Made by a program: the position numbers and the translations under genes | Source of the DNA: an uncultured Bdellovibrionales bacterium | GTDB lineage: Bacteria > Patescibacteriota > Minisyncoccia > Moranbacterales > UBA1568 | Assembly (NCBI GenBank): GCA_964461975.1 | Contig: CAYWVL010000003.1 | Span: 1 to 35,208, forward strand | Direction of reading: 5' to 3' | DNA: 35,208 nt | In this document: piece after piece, positions 8,341-15,987 of the stretch | Layout of the letters: each line of letters starts with the position of its first letter | How positions within the stretch are numbered: the first letter of the stretch is position 1 | Notes under the pieces: generated by a model | The model's input: the letters and a program-made list of their open reading frames with translations, nothing else | What the model was told of the DNA's origin: nothing | The model's database searches: none

Positions 8341-8520
8341 ATGAGCGAGCTCTTTTTCGGATTCATCATTCTCGCGGTGGCCATCTGTTACGCGGCCAGC
8401 GAGATCAGGGAAGGTTTGATGGCCATTGCCAAGGCTCAAGAACGTTTCGCCGCCGTGCTCGAGCAAGACCTCGGCGGGTCCCATGCGACTAGCCGCGATT
8501 CCATCGGTAGCCGAGACTAA
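8341..8520 (+). CDS. hypothetical small membrane protein (59 aa)
   Basis: The ATG at 8341 follows AAGGGAcaaga. The product is MSELFFGFIILAVAICYAASEIREGLMAIAKAQERF..., with one N-terminal TM helix. It fills an otherwise empty 255-bp gap between two minus-strand GT4 genes and has its own candidate promoter. It has no recognisable family. Confidence 0.35.
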   Translation: MSELFFGFIILAVAICYAASEIREGLMAIAKAQERFAAVLEQDLGGSHATSRDSIGSRD

Positions 8521-9668
8521 GGCTTCAGCAACTTGACTACCCCCCGGGCGCAGCGCGCCCAACTGAAGCGATCCGCATTCCGGGTCGCTTTCGCTATTAT
8601 ATCAGCCCTTTGGCGGGTATCCGTAGCGAGCACGGCCAAGGCTCGAGCCAGTTTCTTGGTAGCCAGCGGATGGACCAAAAGGGCGCCCTCTCCCGCAGTT
8701 TCAGGGAGAGATGAGGTGGTCGAGGTGATGACCGGGGTCCCGGCGAGCTGCGCCTCGATGACCGGCAGCCCAAACCCCTCATAGAGCGACGGAAAGACGA
8801 AAGCAGTGGCCCGTCTCAAAAGCTCGCGCTTCGCTTCCTCATTCACATAGCCCAGTTCATGGATTTCACCCTGATATCGGCTGTCTGATATCTGCTGTCT
8901 GATGGCGACATAGCCGTATCCCGGCTTCCCCGCGAGGACGAGGTGCTGCGGCAAACCGGTTCTCTGTTTGAACAGCTCATATGCCTGGATAATCCCCTTC
9001 ACATTCTTGCGCGTCTCGAGCCGCCCGATGAAAAGGAAGAAGTCTTGGGGGAGACGATTGAGAAGCGACGGTCGATTGCTGGGAGACTCGTTTGCGTCGA
9101 GCAGTGATCGTCCATCATCCTTCGATCTCTCGACACCCTCATAGATGACCTCGACCTTTTCCTCGGGCACCCGGTAGAGCCGCACGAGATCTTGCTTGGT
9201 ATTCTCCGACACCGCGATCACCTGGCTCGCTGCCCAGGCCGAGAAGCGGATGCTCCAGCGCATGTACATCCTCTCCCACCAGGCATAGCTCTCTGGTGAG
9301 AATTCATACTCGAGCCCGTGGATGGTTACGATGGTTTGCTGCGGATGGATGAGGGGTACCGTGTGCGCCGGGATGAAGAGCGCATCCGGCCGGTGGATGA
9401 GCATCTCGAGCGAGAGTCCGAGCTGCGTCCAGAACCGCGGCGCCCAGATCCCCCGCACGCGCCACCGCTCCGGGAGGTCGAAATCGATCGAGGGCATGAA
9501 GATACCCGGCCTGCCGTTCCGGAAACCGAGCTGCTTGCGCACATATAGTACCACTTCATCATCAGGCTCAACCCAATCCCGCAGGTGCCTGATTACCCGA
9601 TAGCTATACTCTTCGATCCCCGTCCGTTGGGGCAGGAACGCTCGCGAAGCATCGATGCCGACTTTCAT
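8517..9668 (-). CDS. glycosyltransferase family 4 (GT-B, Glycos_transf_1)
   Basis: The ATG at 9668 gives MKVGIDASRAFLPQRTGIEEYSY. There is an EX7E motif (PSLYEGFGLPVIEAQLAGTPVITS). Confidence 0.85.
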   Translation of the reverse strand: MKVGIDASRAFLPQRTGIEEYSYRVIRHLRDWVEPDDEVVLYVRKQLGFRNGRPGIFMPSIDFDLPERWRVRGIWAPRFWTQLGLSLEMLIHRPDALFIPAHTVPLIHPQQTIVTIHGLEYEFSPESYAWWERMYMRWSIRFSAWAASQVIAVSENTKQDLVRLYRVPEEKVEVIYEGVERSKDDGRSLLDANESPSNRPSLLNRLPQDFFLFIGRLETRKNVKGIIQAYELFKQRTGLPQHLVLAGKPGYGYVAIRQQISDSRYQGEIHELGYVNEEAKRELLRRATAFVFPSLYEGFGLPVIEAQLAGTPVITSTTSSLPETAGEGALLVHPLATKKLARALAVLATDTRQRADIIAKATRNADRFSWARCARGVVKLLKP

Positions 9669-9754
9669 ACACCATGCAGCATAAAACATGGAACAGCAGA
9701 CTTTGAACTCGGCCATTCTCTTTGTTTCATGCTCTATGTTTTACGTTCTATGAA

Positions 9755-10768
9755 TCACTTCCCGAGCATGAGGCTCCGTTTGTAGGTCTCGAGGTTGTCG
9801 AGAACGATACCCGTCCCCTTCACTACGCAGAAGGCCGGATCGTCGGCGACGTAGCACGGTACATTGATAGTCTTGGCGATGAGCTGGTCGAGATACTTGA
9901 GTTGGGCCGTCCCGCCAGAAAGCACCATCCCCTTGTCCATGATGTCCGCCGCGAGCTCGGGTGGCGTCTCCTGCAAGACCTGCTTGATGACATTGATGAT
10001 CTCACGCAGTTCATCCTGGATGGCCTCGGTGATCTCGTTGGACGCGATGACGATCGTCTTGGGAAGCCCGCCCATGAGGTCGCGTCCACGAACCTCCATG
10101 TGATCCTCCTTGACCTGAGCGATAGCCGAGCCGATCCGCATCTTGACCTCCTCGGCGGTCCGGTCGCCGATCGCCAGACTGTATTTGCGCTTGATAAAAT
10201 CGCTGATGGCCTGGTCGATTTTGTTGCCGCCGACCCGGGCGCTATGCGACGCGACGACGCCGCCGAGCGAAATGATGGCGATCTCGGACGTGCCGCCGCC
10301 GATATTGATGATCATATTGCCCTGAGCGGTGTGGATCGGGATGCCGGCACCGATTGCCGCGAGGATCGGTTCCTTCACGACATAGGCCGCCTTGGCTCCC
10401 GCCTTCATGGCAGCATCCACCACGGCCCGGCGCTCGGTCGAAGTGATGCCCGCGGGAATCGAGAGGACGATTTCCGGACGGATGAAGCGCACGCGGCCCG
10501 CCACCCGGTTGATGAAATACTTGAGCATCGCCTCGGTCACCCGATAGTCGGCGATCGCGCCATCCCGCAGCGGCTGTGACGCGACGATTGTGTCCGGCGT
10601 CCGGCCGAGCATCTCCTTGGCTTCATTGCCAACCGCCAAGACTTTGTTCTCAAACAAGGAGATCGCCACGACCGATGGCTCGTTGATCACGACGCCTTCG
10701 CCCGGAACAAACACCAGGGTATTGGCCGTGCCTAAGTCGATGCCGATTTTTCGGACAAACCAATTCAT
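9755..10768 (-). CDS. mreB: rod shape-determining protein MreB
   Basis: The ATG at 10768 gives MNWFVRKIGIDLGTANTLVF. Further actin-fold motifs are NIGGGTSEIAIISLGG and GMVLSGGTAQL. The upstream extension in the track runs into murA. Confidence 0.95.
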   Translation of the reverse strand: MNWFVRKIGIDLGTANTLVFVPGEGVVINEPSVVAISLFENKVLAVGNEAKEMLGRTPDTIVASQPLRDGAIADYRVTEAMLKYFINRVAGRVRFIRPEIVLSIPAGITSTERRAVVDAAMKAGAKAAYVVKEPILAAIGAGIPIHTAQGNMIINIGGGTSEIAIISLGGVVASHSARVGGNKIDQAISDFIKRKYSLAIGDRTAEEVKMRIGSAIAQVKEDHMEVRGRDLMGGLPKTIVIASNEITEAIQDELREIINVIKQVLQETPPELAADIMDKGMVLSGGTAQLKYLDQLIAKTINVPCYVADDPAFCVVKGTGIVLDNLETYKRSLMLGK

Positions 10769-10787
10769 AGCAGTCTTCAGAAAATGA

Positions 10788-12059
10788 CTAGGCCGCTCGC
10801 TCGACTCGCGTGATACCGGCACCGATCCGCTGCAAGCGTTCTTCGATCCGCTCGTACCCCCGGTCGACCTGGTAGATATCTTCAATCACGGTCTTCCCCT
10901 CTGCGACGAGCGCGGCCACGATGAGCGCCACGCCGGCCCGCAGGTCAAAGCTCTTGATGACGGTGCCCTTGAGTGGCGTCGGGCCTTTGACGACGACCTG
11001 ATGCGGGTTGAGCACAGCGATCGAGGCCCCCATCTTCTCGAGTTCGACCGCATAGTTGAAGCGGCCCTCGTAAAGCGTATCAAAAATCATCGTCTCGCCC
11101 GCCGCTTGCGTCGCCAAGACTGCGAGCGGCGCCTGGATATCGGTCGGGATCCCCGGGTACGGCCGCGGATCGATGAAGAGCGCCGGTGCCTGAAGCGCCA
11201 ATGCCGGGATCACCGTAATGCGATCGCCTGAGATCTCGAACTCGACACCGAATTCGCGAAGCTTTTCGAGCACGAGGTCGAGGTCGTCTTCGCGCGCCTG
11301 CTCGACCGTGATCCGACTCCCCGTCGCCGCCCCGAGGATGAGATAGGTAGCGGCTTCGTTGTGGTCGGGCATGATCGCATGCGTCGCGCCACGGAGCGTC
11401 TTCTGGCCGCGCACCGTGAGCGTATGCGTCCCCAGTCCCTCGATCTCGGCGCCCATCTTGATGAGAAAGCGGCCGAGGTCGGTCACATGCGGCTCGCAGG
11501 CAGCGATCTTGATGACGGTCTCCCCCGGGAGAGCTGCTGCGAGGATCATGGCATTCTCAGTCGCAGTTACCGACATCTGGCGCAGCACCACTTTGGCCGG
11601 CTGGCGCTTCGTCGCATCGAGCACGTATCCCTTTTCCTTGGGCGTGACGCGTATGCCGAGCTTCGCGAGCGCGTCGAGATGCGCCTCGACTGGACGCGCG
11701 CCGATGACGCAGCCGCCCGGCTGCCGCAATTCGAAATGATCGGAGCGGGCTGCCAATGCGCCAAGCAGGAGGATCGAGGAGCGCAGACGCTTCACCTTTT
11801 CCTGATCCATCGCCGCGGGGTCGATCGATGCCGGCGTAATGGTAACGGTGCGTTCACCGGTCCACTCGACCGAGGCGCCCAGACTCTCCACGATTTCGAG
11901 CATGCGGAACACGTCCTCGATCCGAGGCATATTGTCCAAGGTCGACGGCTCACGCGAAAGCAGCGTCGCCGCGATAATCGGGGTTGCGGCGTTCTTGAGA
12001 CCGTAGACCGGTATGGTGCCCGAAAGCGGCTTCCCGCCCTCGATTTCAAAGACTTCCAT
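10788..12059 (-). CDS. murA: UDP-N-acetylglucosamine 1-carboxyvinyltransferase
   Basis: MEVFEIEGGKPLSGTIPVYGLKNAATPIIAA is a typical MurA N-terminus. The active-site Cys is retained (QPGGCVIGARPVEAHL). I prefer the ATG at 12059 over the TTG at 12095 because of the adjacent promoter. Confidence 0.93.
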   Translation of the reverse strand: MEVFEIEGGKPLSGTIPVYGLKNAATPIIAATLLSREPSTLDNMPRIEDVFRMLEIVESLGASVEWTGERTVTITPASIDPAAMDQEKVKRLRSSILLLGALAARSDHFELRQPGGCVIGARPVEAHLDALAKLGIRVTPKEKGYVLDATKRQPAKVVLRQMSVTATENAMILAAALPGETVIKIAACEPHVTDLGRFLIKMGAEIEGLGTHTLTVRGQKTLRGATHAIMPDHNEAATYLILGAATGSRITVEQAREDDLDLVLEKLREFGVEFEISGDRITVIPALALQAPALFIDPRPYPGIPTDIQAPLAVLATQAAGETMIFDTLYEGRFNYAVELEKMGASIAVLNPHQVVVKGPTPLKGTVIKSFDLRAGVALIVAALVAEGKTVIEDIYQVDRGYERIEERLQRIGAGITRVERAA

Positions 12060-12066
12060 AGGGGGG

Positions 12067-12095
12067 AGTATAGCCCGAAAACCCCATTTTTTCAA
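12067..12095 (-). promoter_or_regulatory. sigma70-type promoter directly abutting the murA ATG
   Basis: The minus strand reads TTGAAA (12095..12090), a 17-nt spacer, TATACT (12072..12067), then CCCCCCT and the ATG at 12059. Confidence 0.5.
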
Positions 12096-12279
12096 CCCGG
12101 ACTCGGCGACAAAAATTCAAAGCCGCCCGAGATCGCGATGGACCAGAGGGCGGCAGCGTTGGGGGGCGGCCGGGCCGAAGTGGCGCGGTGCGCCTGGGGA
12201 AGGGAACCCTATCCCAGTAGTTTGTAGGCAGCGAAGCCTAATTGTTTGTTTTTCTTTTCAATTGTAGGGAGTTTTCCCT

Positions 12280-12311
12280 GTAAAAAAAGAAAACGGGCAT
12301 TCACCCGTTTC
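12280..12311 (-). terminator. rho-independent terminator downstream of trxB
   Basis: The stem AAACGGG (12291..12297) pairs with CCCGTTT (12304..12310) around a 6-nt loop. On the minus strand it is followed by TCTTTTTTTAC. It lies 41 nt past the trxB stop. Confidence 0.6.
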
Positions 12312-12351
12312 TTCATTTACTCTCTCAGTATAGCAGCTTTTTTGGCCCGAG

Positions 12352-13281
12352 TCAAGCCGCATGGCCGCCTTTTCTGACGAAATCATACGCCGAGAGCGCC
12401 GCAGTCACCCCAAGCCCGGCAGAGATATTGTTCTGCTTGTACGGGATGTCGGTCGCATCACCCGTCGCGAAGATGCCTGGCCGCGAGGTCGCCGCCGTCC
12501 TCCCGTCTACCACGATCTCTCCCCGCTCATTCCGGTCGAGGAGATGCTTGACCCACTCGGTATTGGGGATCATCCCGATCTCGACGAAGACGCCGTCCAT
12601 CGGGAGAGTCGTCTCTTCACCGGTATCCGCGTCCTTGAGCCGGATGCCCTCGACCCTCGTCTCACCCAGGATCTCCTGCGTCAGCTTCCGGTAGAGAACC
12701 GTGACCTTGGGCGAAGTCAGTACTTTGTCTTGCGTCACCTTGTCGCCCTTGAGTTCATTGGAGCGGATGATGAGTGTGATGGCATCGGCGTATGGCAAGA
12801 GATCCTCGACCGCCTCGAGCCCGGCATTGCCACCCCCGACCACCGCGACTTTTTTCATCTTGAAGAACGGAGCATCACAGGTAGAGCAGTACACGACTCC
12901 CTTGCCGTTGAGTTTCTCTTCGCCGGGAACGTCGAGGTGGCGATGCCGCCCACCCGTCGCGACGATCACCGTCTTGGTCTCATAGCTGCCCTTATCAGTC
13001 GCCACCATATAACCGCCGGTCGGCACGACTTCGATGCCGGTACCGCGTTCGCCAGTCTTGATCTCGATCCCCTCCTGGGCGCGCAGATGCTTCTCGAGCG
13101 CCTGGCCGAACTCCCATCCGGCGATGGTCGGCGTCCCGATCCAGTTCTCGATCGATGACGACACGACCGACTGGCTCACGAAATTTTCGGTGATGAACAA
13201 GGTCTTCATCTGCTTCCTGGCAGCATAGACACCTGCCGCTACTCCACCCGGTCCGCCGCCTACGATAATCACGTCGTACAT
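12352..13281 (-). CDS. trxB: thioredoxin-disulfide reductase
   Basis: Motifs are MYDVIIVGGGPGGVAAG (FAD GxGxxG), the redox CxxC (CSTCDAPFF), VAVVGGGNAGLE (NADPH site) and GIFATGDATD. Confidence 0.9.
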   Translation of the reverse strand: MYDVIIVGGGPGGVAAGVYAARKQMKTLFITENFVSQSVVSSSIENWIGTPTIAGWEFGQALEKHLRAQEGIEIKTGERGTGIEVVPTGGYMVATDKGSYETKTVIVATGGRHRHLDVPGEEKLNGKGVVYCSTCDAPFFKMKKVAVVGGGNAGLEAVEDLLPYADAITLIIRSNELKGDKVTQDKVLTSPKVTVLYRKLTQEILGETRVEGIRLKDADTGEETTLPMDGVFVEIGMIPNTEWVKHLLDRNERGEIVVDGRTAATSRPGIFATGDATDIPYKQNNISAGLGVTAALSAYDFVRKGGHAA

Positions 13282-13353
13282 AATTTATCTGTTCATTGAT
13301 TGAATATAAAAAAGTGTGGAAGGGAGTGCTGATTCAGCCACCCCCTCACCAAT

Positions 13354-14163
13354 CTATCGGTACCCGCCATCGACGATGATGTTCTGTCCGGTGATGAACG
13401 ATGCGCCCGGTCCGGAAAGAAAGGACACCACGTTGGCGACCTCGGCTGGATGGGCGAAGCGTCCAAGCCAGATCTTCGCTGTCTCGGCATCCTTTTCGCC
13501 GGGAGGCAGCGTGTTGTTCATCTCAGTATCGACCCACCCTGGCGCGACACCGTTCACTCTGATGCCATGGGCTGCATACCGGCTTGCGAAACCCATGATG
13601 ATGGGGTTCATCGCCTTCGAGAAGTCGTAGTGCATCGAGTAAGGTGCCCACGAATTGATGCCATTGGTCGAGGTGATGAGGACGAGCGAACCAGACACAC
13701 CCTTGTCGACCATCCGTTGGAGCATTGCACGAGCCGAGAGAAAAGCACCGGCAACATTGACCTGAAACACCTCGTTCCATCCTGGGATATGGCTCCCATC
13801 AGCTCCAGTCCGAGAAGCGAGCGTTTGTTCCTCAAGCGGCGTGTTCGGGGAGATACCGATGGTGTCGACGTAGAGGGAGACCTCCTCGCCCAGCTGCGTG
13901 ACCGCTTCTTGGACCTGTTCCCGAAATCTAGCCTCGGTCTCATCGGTTCGCTCGGTGAACTGGATGATGTGGGTCTCGACACCCATGGCTTCGAGCTCAC
14001 GAGCCAGAGACTCGATGTTGGGCCGCTTCTTGTCGCGACCAAAGTGAAGCGTCAGCTTCCTGACGCCATTGGCCGCGAACGAACGGGCTATTTCCGCCCC
14101 GATTTCGCCGCTCGCCCCGAGAATGAGTGCGTGGCCAGACGGATTCAGACGATACTTGTTCAT
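13354..14163 (-). CDS. SDR family oxidoreductase (short-chain dehydrogenase/reductase)
   Basis: Motifs are ILGASGEIGAEIA (cofactor glycine motif), ITSTNG (Ser) and a YxxxK catalytic pair (YDFSK). I prefer the ATG at 14163 (MNKYRL) because GGAGA lies 5 nt upstream. The alternative ATG at 14175 adds 4 residues. Confidence 0.85.
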   Translation of the reverse strand: MNKYRLNPSGHALILGASGEIGAEIARSFAANGVRKLTLHFGRDKKRPNIESLARELEAMGVETHIIQFTERTDETEARFREQVQEAVTQLGEEVSLYVDTIGISPNTPLEEQTLASRTGADGSHIPGWNEVFQVNVAGAFLSARAMLQRMVDKGVSGSLVLITSTNGINSWAPYSMHYDFSKAMNPIIMGFASRYAAHGIRVNGVAPGWVDTEMNNTLPPGEKDAETAKIWLGRFAHPAEVANVVSFLSGPGASFITGQNIIVDGGYR

Positions 14164-14200
14164 GCTGGTCTCCATATACGTTGATGACTATACCAAAGTA

Positions 14201-14449
14201 CTACTGCATGCGAAACAGGGACTTGAGGTAGGCCTCATCGATCTGTCTCTTGCCATCCCACTTGCAGGCGATATCATCCTTCAACAGCTCGACTCCGAGC
14301 ATGGCGACCGCTTCGCGGATCGCCTGGATCTGGGTGATCACCTGGAGGCAATCCTGCTTCTCCTCGACCATCCGACGCACTCCCTTGAGCTGGCCCTCGA
14401 TGCGCGCGATGCGCGCGAGGACTGGCGTGGCTTTGGCGGTGCTTGGCAT
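14201..14449 (-). CDS. CsoR/RcnR/FrmR-family (DUF156) transcriptional repressor, 82 aa
   Basis: The ATG at 14449 gives MPSTAKATPVLARIARIEGQLKGVRRMVEEKQDCLQVITQIQAIREAV.... This is the typical ARIxRIxGQxxGv + DC + qixAi pattern. The longer track ORF (to 14641) overlaps murD and is rejected. Confidence 0.8.
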   Translation of the reverse strand: MPSTAKATPVLARIARIEGQLKGVRRMVEEKQDCLQVITQIQAIREAVAMLGVELLKDDIACKWDGKRQIDEAYLKSLFRMQ

Positions 14450-14462
14450 AGGCAGAAGCAAA

Positions 14463-14485
14463 AATATACCCTCTGGGGGTATATT
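14463..14485. promoter_or_regulatory. palindromic operator AATATACCC-N5-GGGTATATT
   Basis: Perfect 9-bp inverted repeats (14463..14471 and 14477..14485) flank a C/G tract. This is the architecture described for CsoR-family operators. It overlaps the -10 element of the repressor's own promoter. Confidence 0.6.
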
Positions 14486-14508
14486 AGCAAGTCGAGGCAG
14501 GTTGTCAA
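14481..14508 (-). promoter_or_regulatory. sigma70-type promoter of the repressor-SDR transcription unit
   Basis: The minus strand reads TTGACA (14508..14503, overlapping the murD stop codon), a 16-nt spacer, then TAATAT (14486..14481). Confidence 0.6.
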
Positions 14509-15926
14509 GCGGGTAACGTTTCCAACCGCGCGCGGACAGCCGCTCGGAATTGCTCCCCCCGATCGAACTCATTCCTGAAGAGACCGAAGCTCGCCATCCC
14601 CGGCGAGAGGAGGATGGCATCGCCTGATTGGGCATTTTCAAACGCCACTGCCACAGCGTCCTCCATGCTCGCCATCACAGGGAAGAGCTGCTCCTGGCCG
14701 CGCTCGCGAGCGACTTTCTCGAGGAGCGGCAAAAGCTTTTCGGTGCCAGTCCCCTTGAGGAGAATGATAGCCTTGGCTTTGGCCAGAAGAATGGGGGCCA
14801 GTTCAGTGAAGTCGAAGTTCTTGTCGGCACCGCCGGCGATGAGTATGACTGGCCTCGTCAGAGCTTCGAGCGCAGCCCGCAGAGCAGCGGGGGACGTCGC
14901 CGCCGTGTCATTGATGCAGATCATGCCATCGCGCTCCCCGACCACCTCGAGCCGGTGCGGCAAACCGCGAAAAGACTTGAGGGCGCGGGCGATCACGTCC
15001 GGTGTGACACCGAGGCTGCGAGCAGCCGCGACCGCCGCCAGCGCATTGGCCTCGTTGTGCTTGCCCACCAACCCAGGCAGCTCGAGCGGAAAGAGCAGCT
15101 CCTCGTCCCCGTCCCGATGCTCATGCACCTGGCCACCAGTGAGGAACACCCCGTTCTGCGACAGAGCTCCGGCCACCGAAAAGGAGACGACGTGGGCGGC
15201 TGTTTTCGCCTGCCAGCCGCGGACGACTGCATGATCGAAGTTCAGCACGGCGACATCGCTCGGCTTCTGGAACTCCAAAAGTGTCAGCTTGTCTTTCGCG
15301 TAAGCCTCCATGCTCTTGTAGTAGTTCTGATGGTCTGGGGAGAAGTTGGTCACGACCGCAACTGACGGACTCCACTCCACCCGACGGAGCGATGAGAGGC
15401 GCCAAGAGGAGAGCTCGGCCACGATGAGGCTCTTGTCAGTGAGCTTGGGGAGCTCGCTCAAGAAGCCGATCTGATTGATGCCGACTCGCACCACCGGGAG
15501 CCCGGCGGACTCAAGGATGTGAGCGATGAGAGCAGCGGTTGTCGACTTGCCGCGGGTGCCCGTCACGGCGATCGTCTTCTGTTTGACGAGTTGGAAGAAG
15601 ATGCTCGCGTCCGTCTCCACCGGTATTTTTTTCTCGAGGGCGAGCTTGATGTACTCATTCGTCCACGGTATCCCTGGGGACTTCACGATGTAATCCGTGT
15701 GTGTGAAATCCTCCGGCCGGTGCTGACCGAGCACATACGAGATATTCTTATAGTTCTTCAGCTTCTCGAGCGATGGAAGGAGCTCCTCCCGGCTCCGGAT
15801 ATCGGTCGCTATCACCTCTCGCACGCCGGACTGGATGAGAAATTCGATCGCCCCGAGGGCGCCGCCATTGAGACCGATGCCAAAGACCGTGACGCGCTTG
15901 CCCTTGAAAAAGTCTGCTTTCAGCAT
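14505..15926 (-). CDS. murD: UDP-N-acetylmuramoyl-L-alanine--D-glutamate ligase
   Basis: The ATG at 15926 gives MLKADFFKGKRVTVFGIGLNGGALGAIEFL. There is a Mur ligase P-loop (AVTGTRGKSTTAALIAHIL) and the typical MurD C-terminus (LLSPGMASFGLFRNEFDRGEQF). Confidence 0.9.
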   Translation of the reverse strand: MLKADFFKGKRVTVFGIGLNGGALGAIEFLIQSGVREVIATDIRSREELLPSLEKLKNYKNISYVLGQHRPEDFTHTDYIVKSPGIPWTNEYIKLALEKKIPVETDASIFFQLVKQKTIAVTGTRGKSTTAALIAHILESAGLPVVRVGINQIGFLSELPKLTDKSLIVAELSSWRLSSLRRVEWSPSVAVVTNFSPDHQNYYKSMEAYAKDKLTLLEFQKPSDVAVLNFDHAVVRGWQAKTAAHVVSFSVAGALSQNGVFLTGGQVHEHRDGDEELLFPLELPGLVGKHNEANALAAVAAARSLGVTPDVIARALKSFRGLPHRLEVVGERDGMICINDTAATSPAALRAALEALTRPVILIAGGADKNFDFTELAPILLAKAKAIILLKGTGTEKLLPLLEKVARERGQEQLFPVMASMEDAVAVAFENAQSGDAILLSPGMASFGLFRNEFDRGEQFRAAVRARLETLPA

Positions 15927-15987
15927 ATGAGGAAAATCAGTGGGAGCTCTAGCATACTCCACCGGCTGCCAGTCGGCAAGCAACCAC

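Noticed and set aside
12013-12267. 84-aa plus ORF in the murA-trxB spacer.
   Set aside because: It starts inside murA on the opposite strand and has Arg/Gly/Pro/Ser-rich composition. I see no start context or family motif.
14201-14449. Calling the DUF156 protein a copper-sensing CsoR.
   Set aside because: The mid-helix His of the Cys-His-Cys copper site appears to be Asp. No copA or copZ-type gene is nearby. The N-terminal Met-Pro and the two Cys fit FrmR or CstR-type chemistry better. I left the gene symbol empty.
14201-14641. 146-aa version of the DUF156 repressor, and the 550-aa version of murD (to 16157).
   Set aside because: Both N-terminal extensions overlap the upstream genes and lack family features. 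The internal ATGs at 14449 and 15926 give canonical lengths and N-termini.
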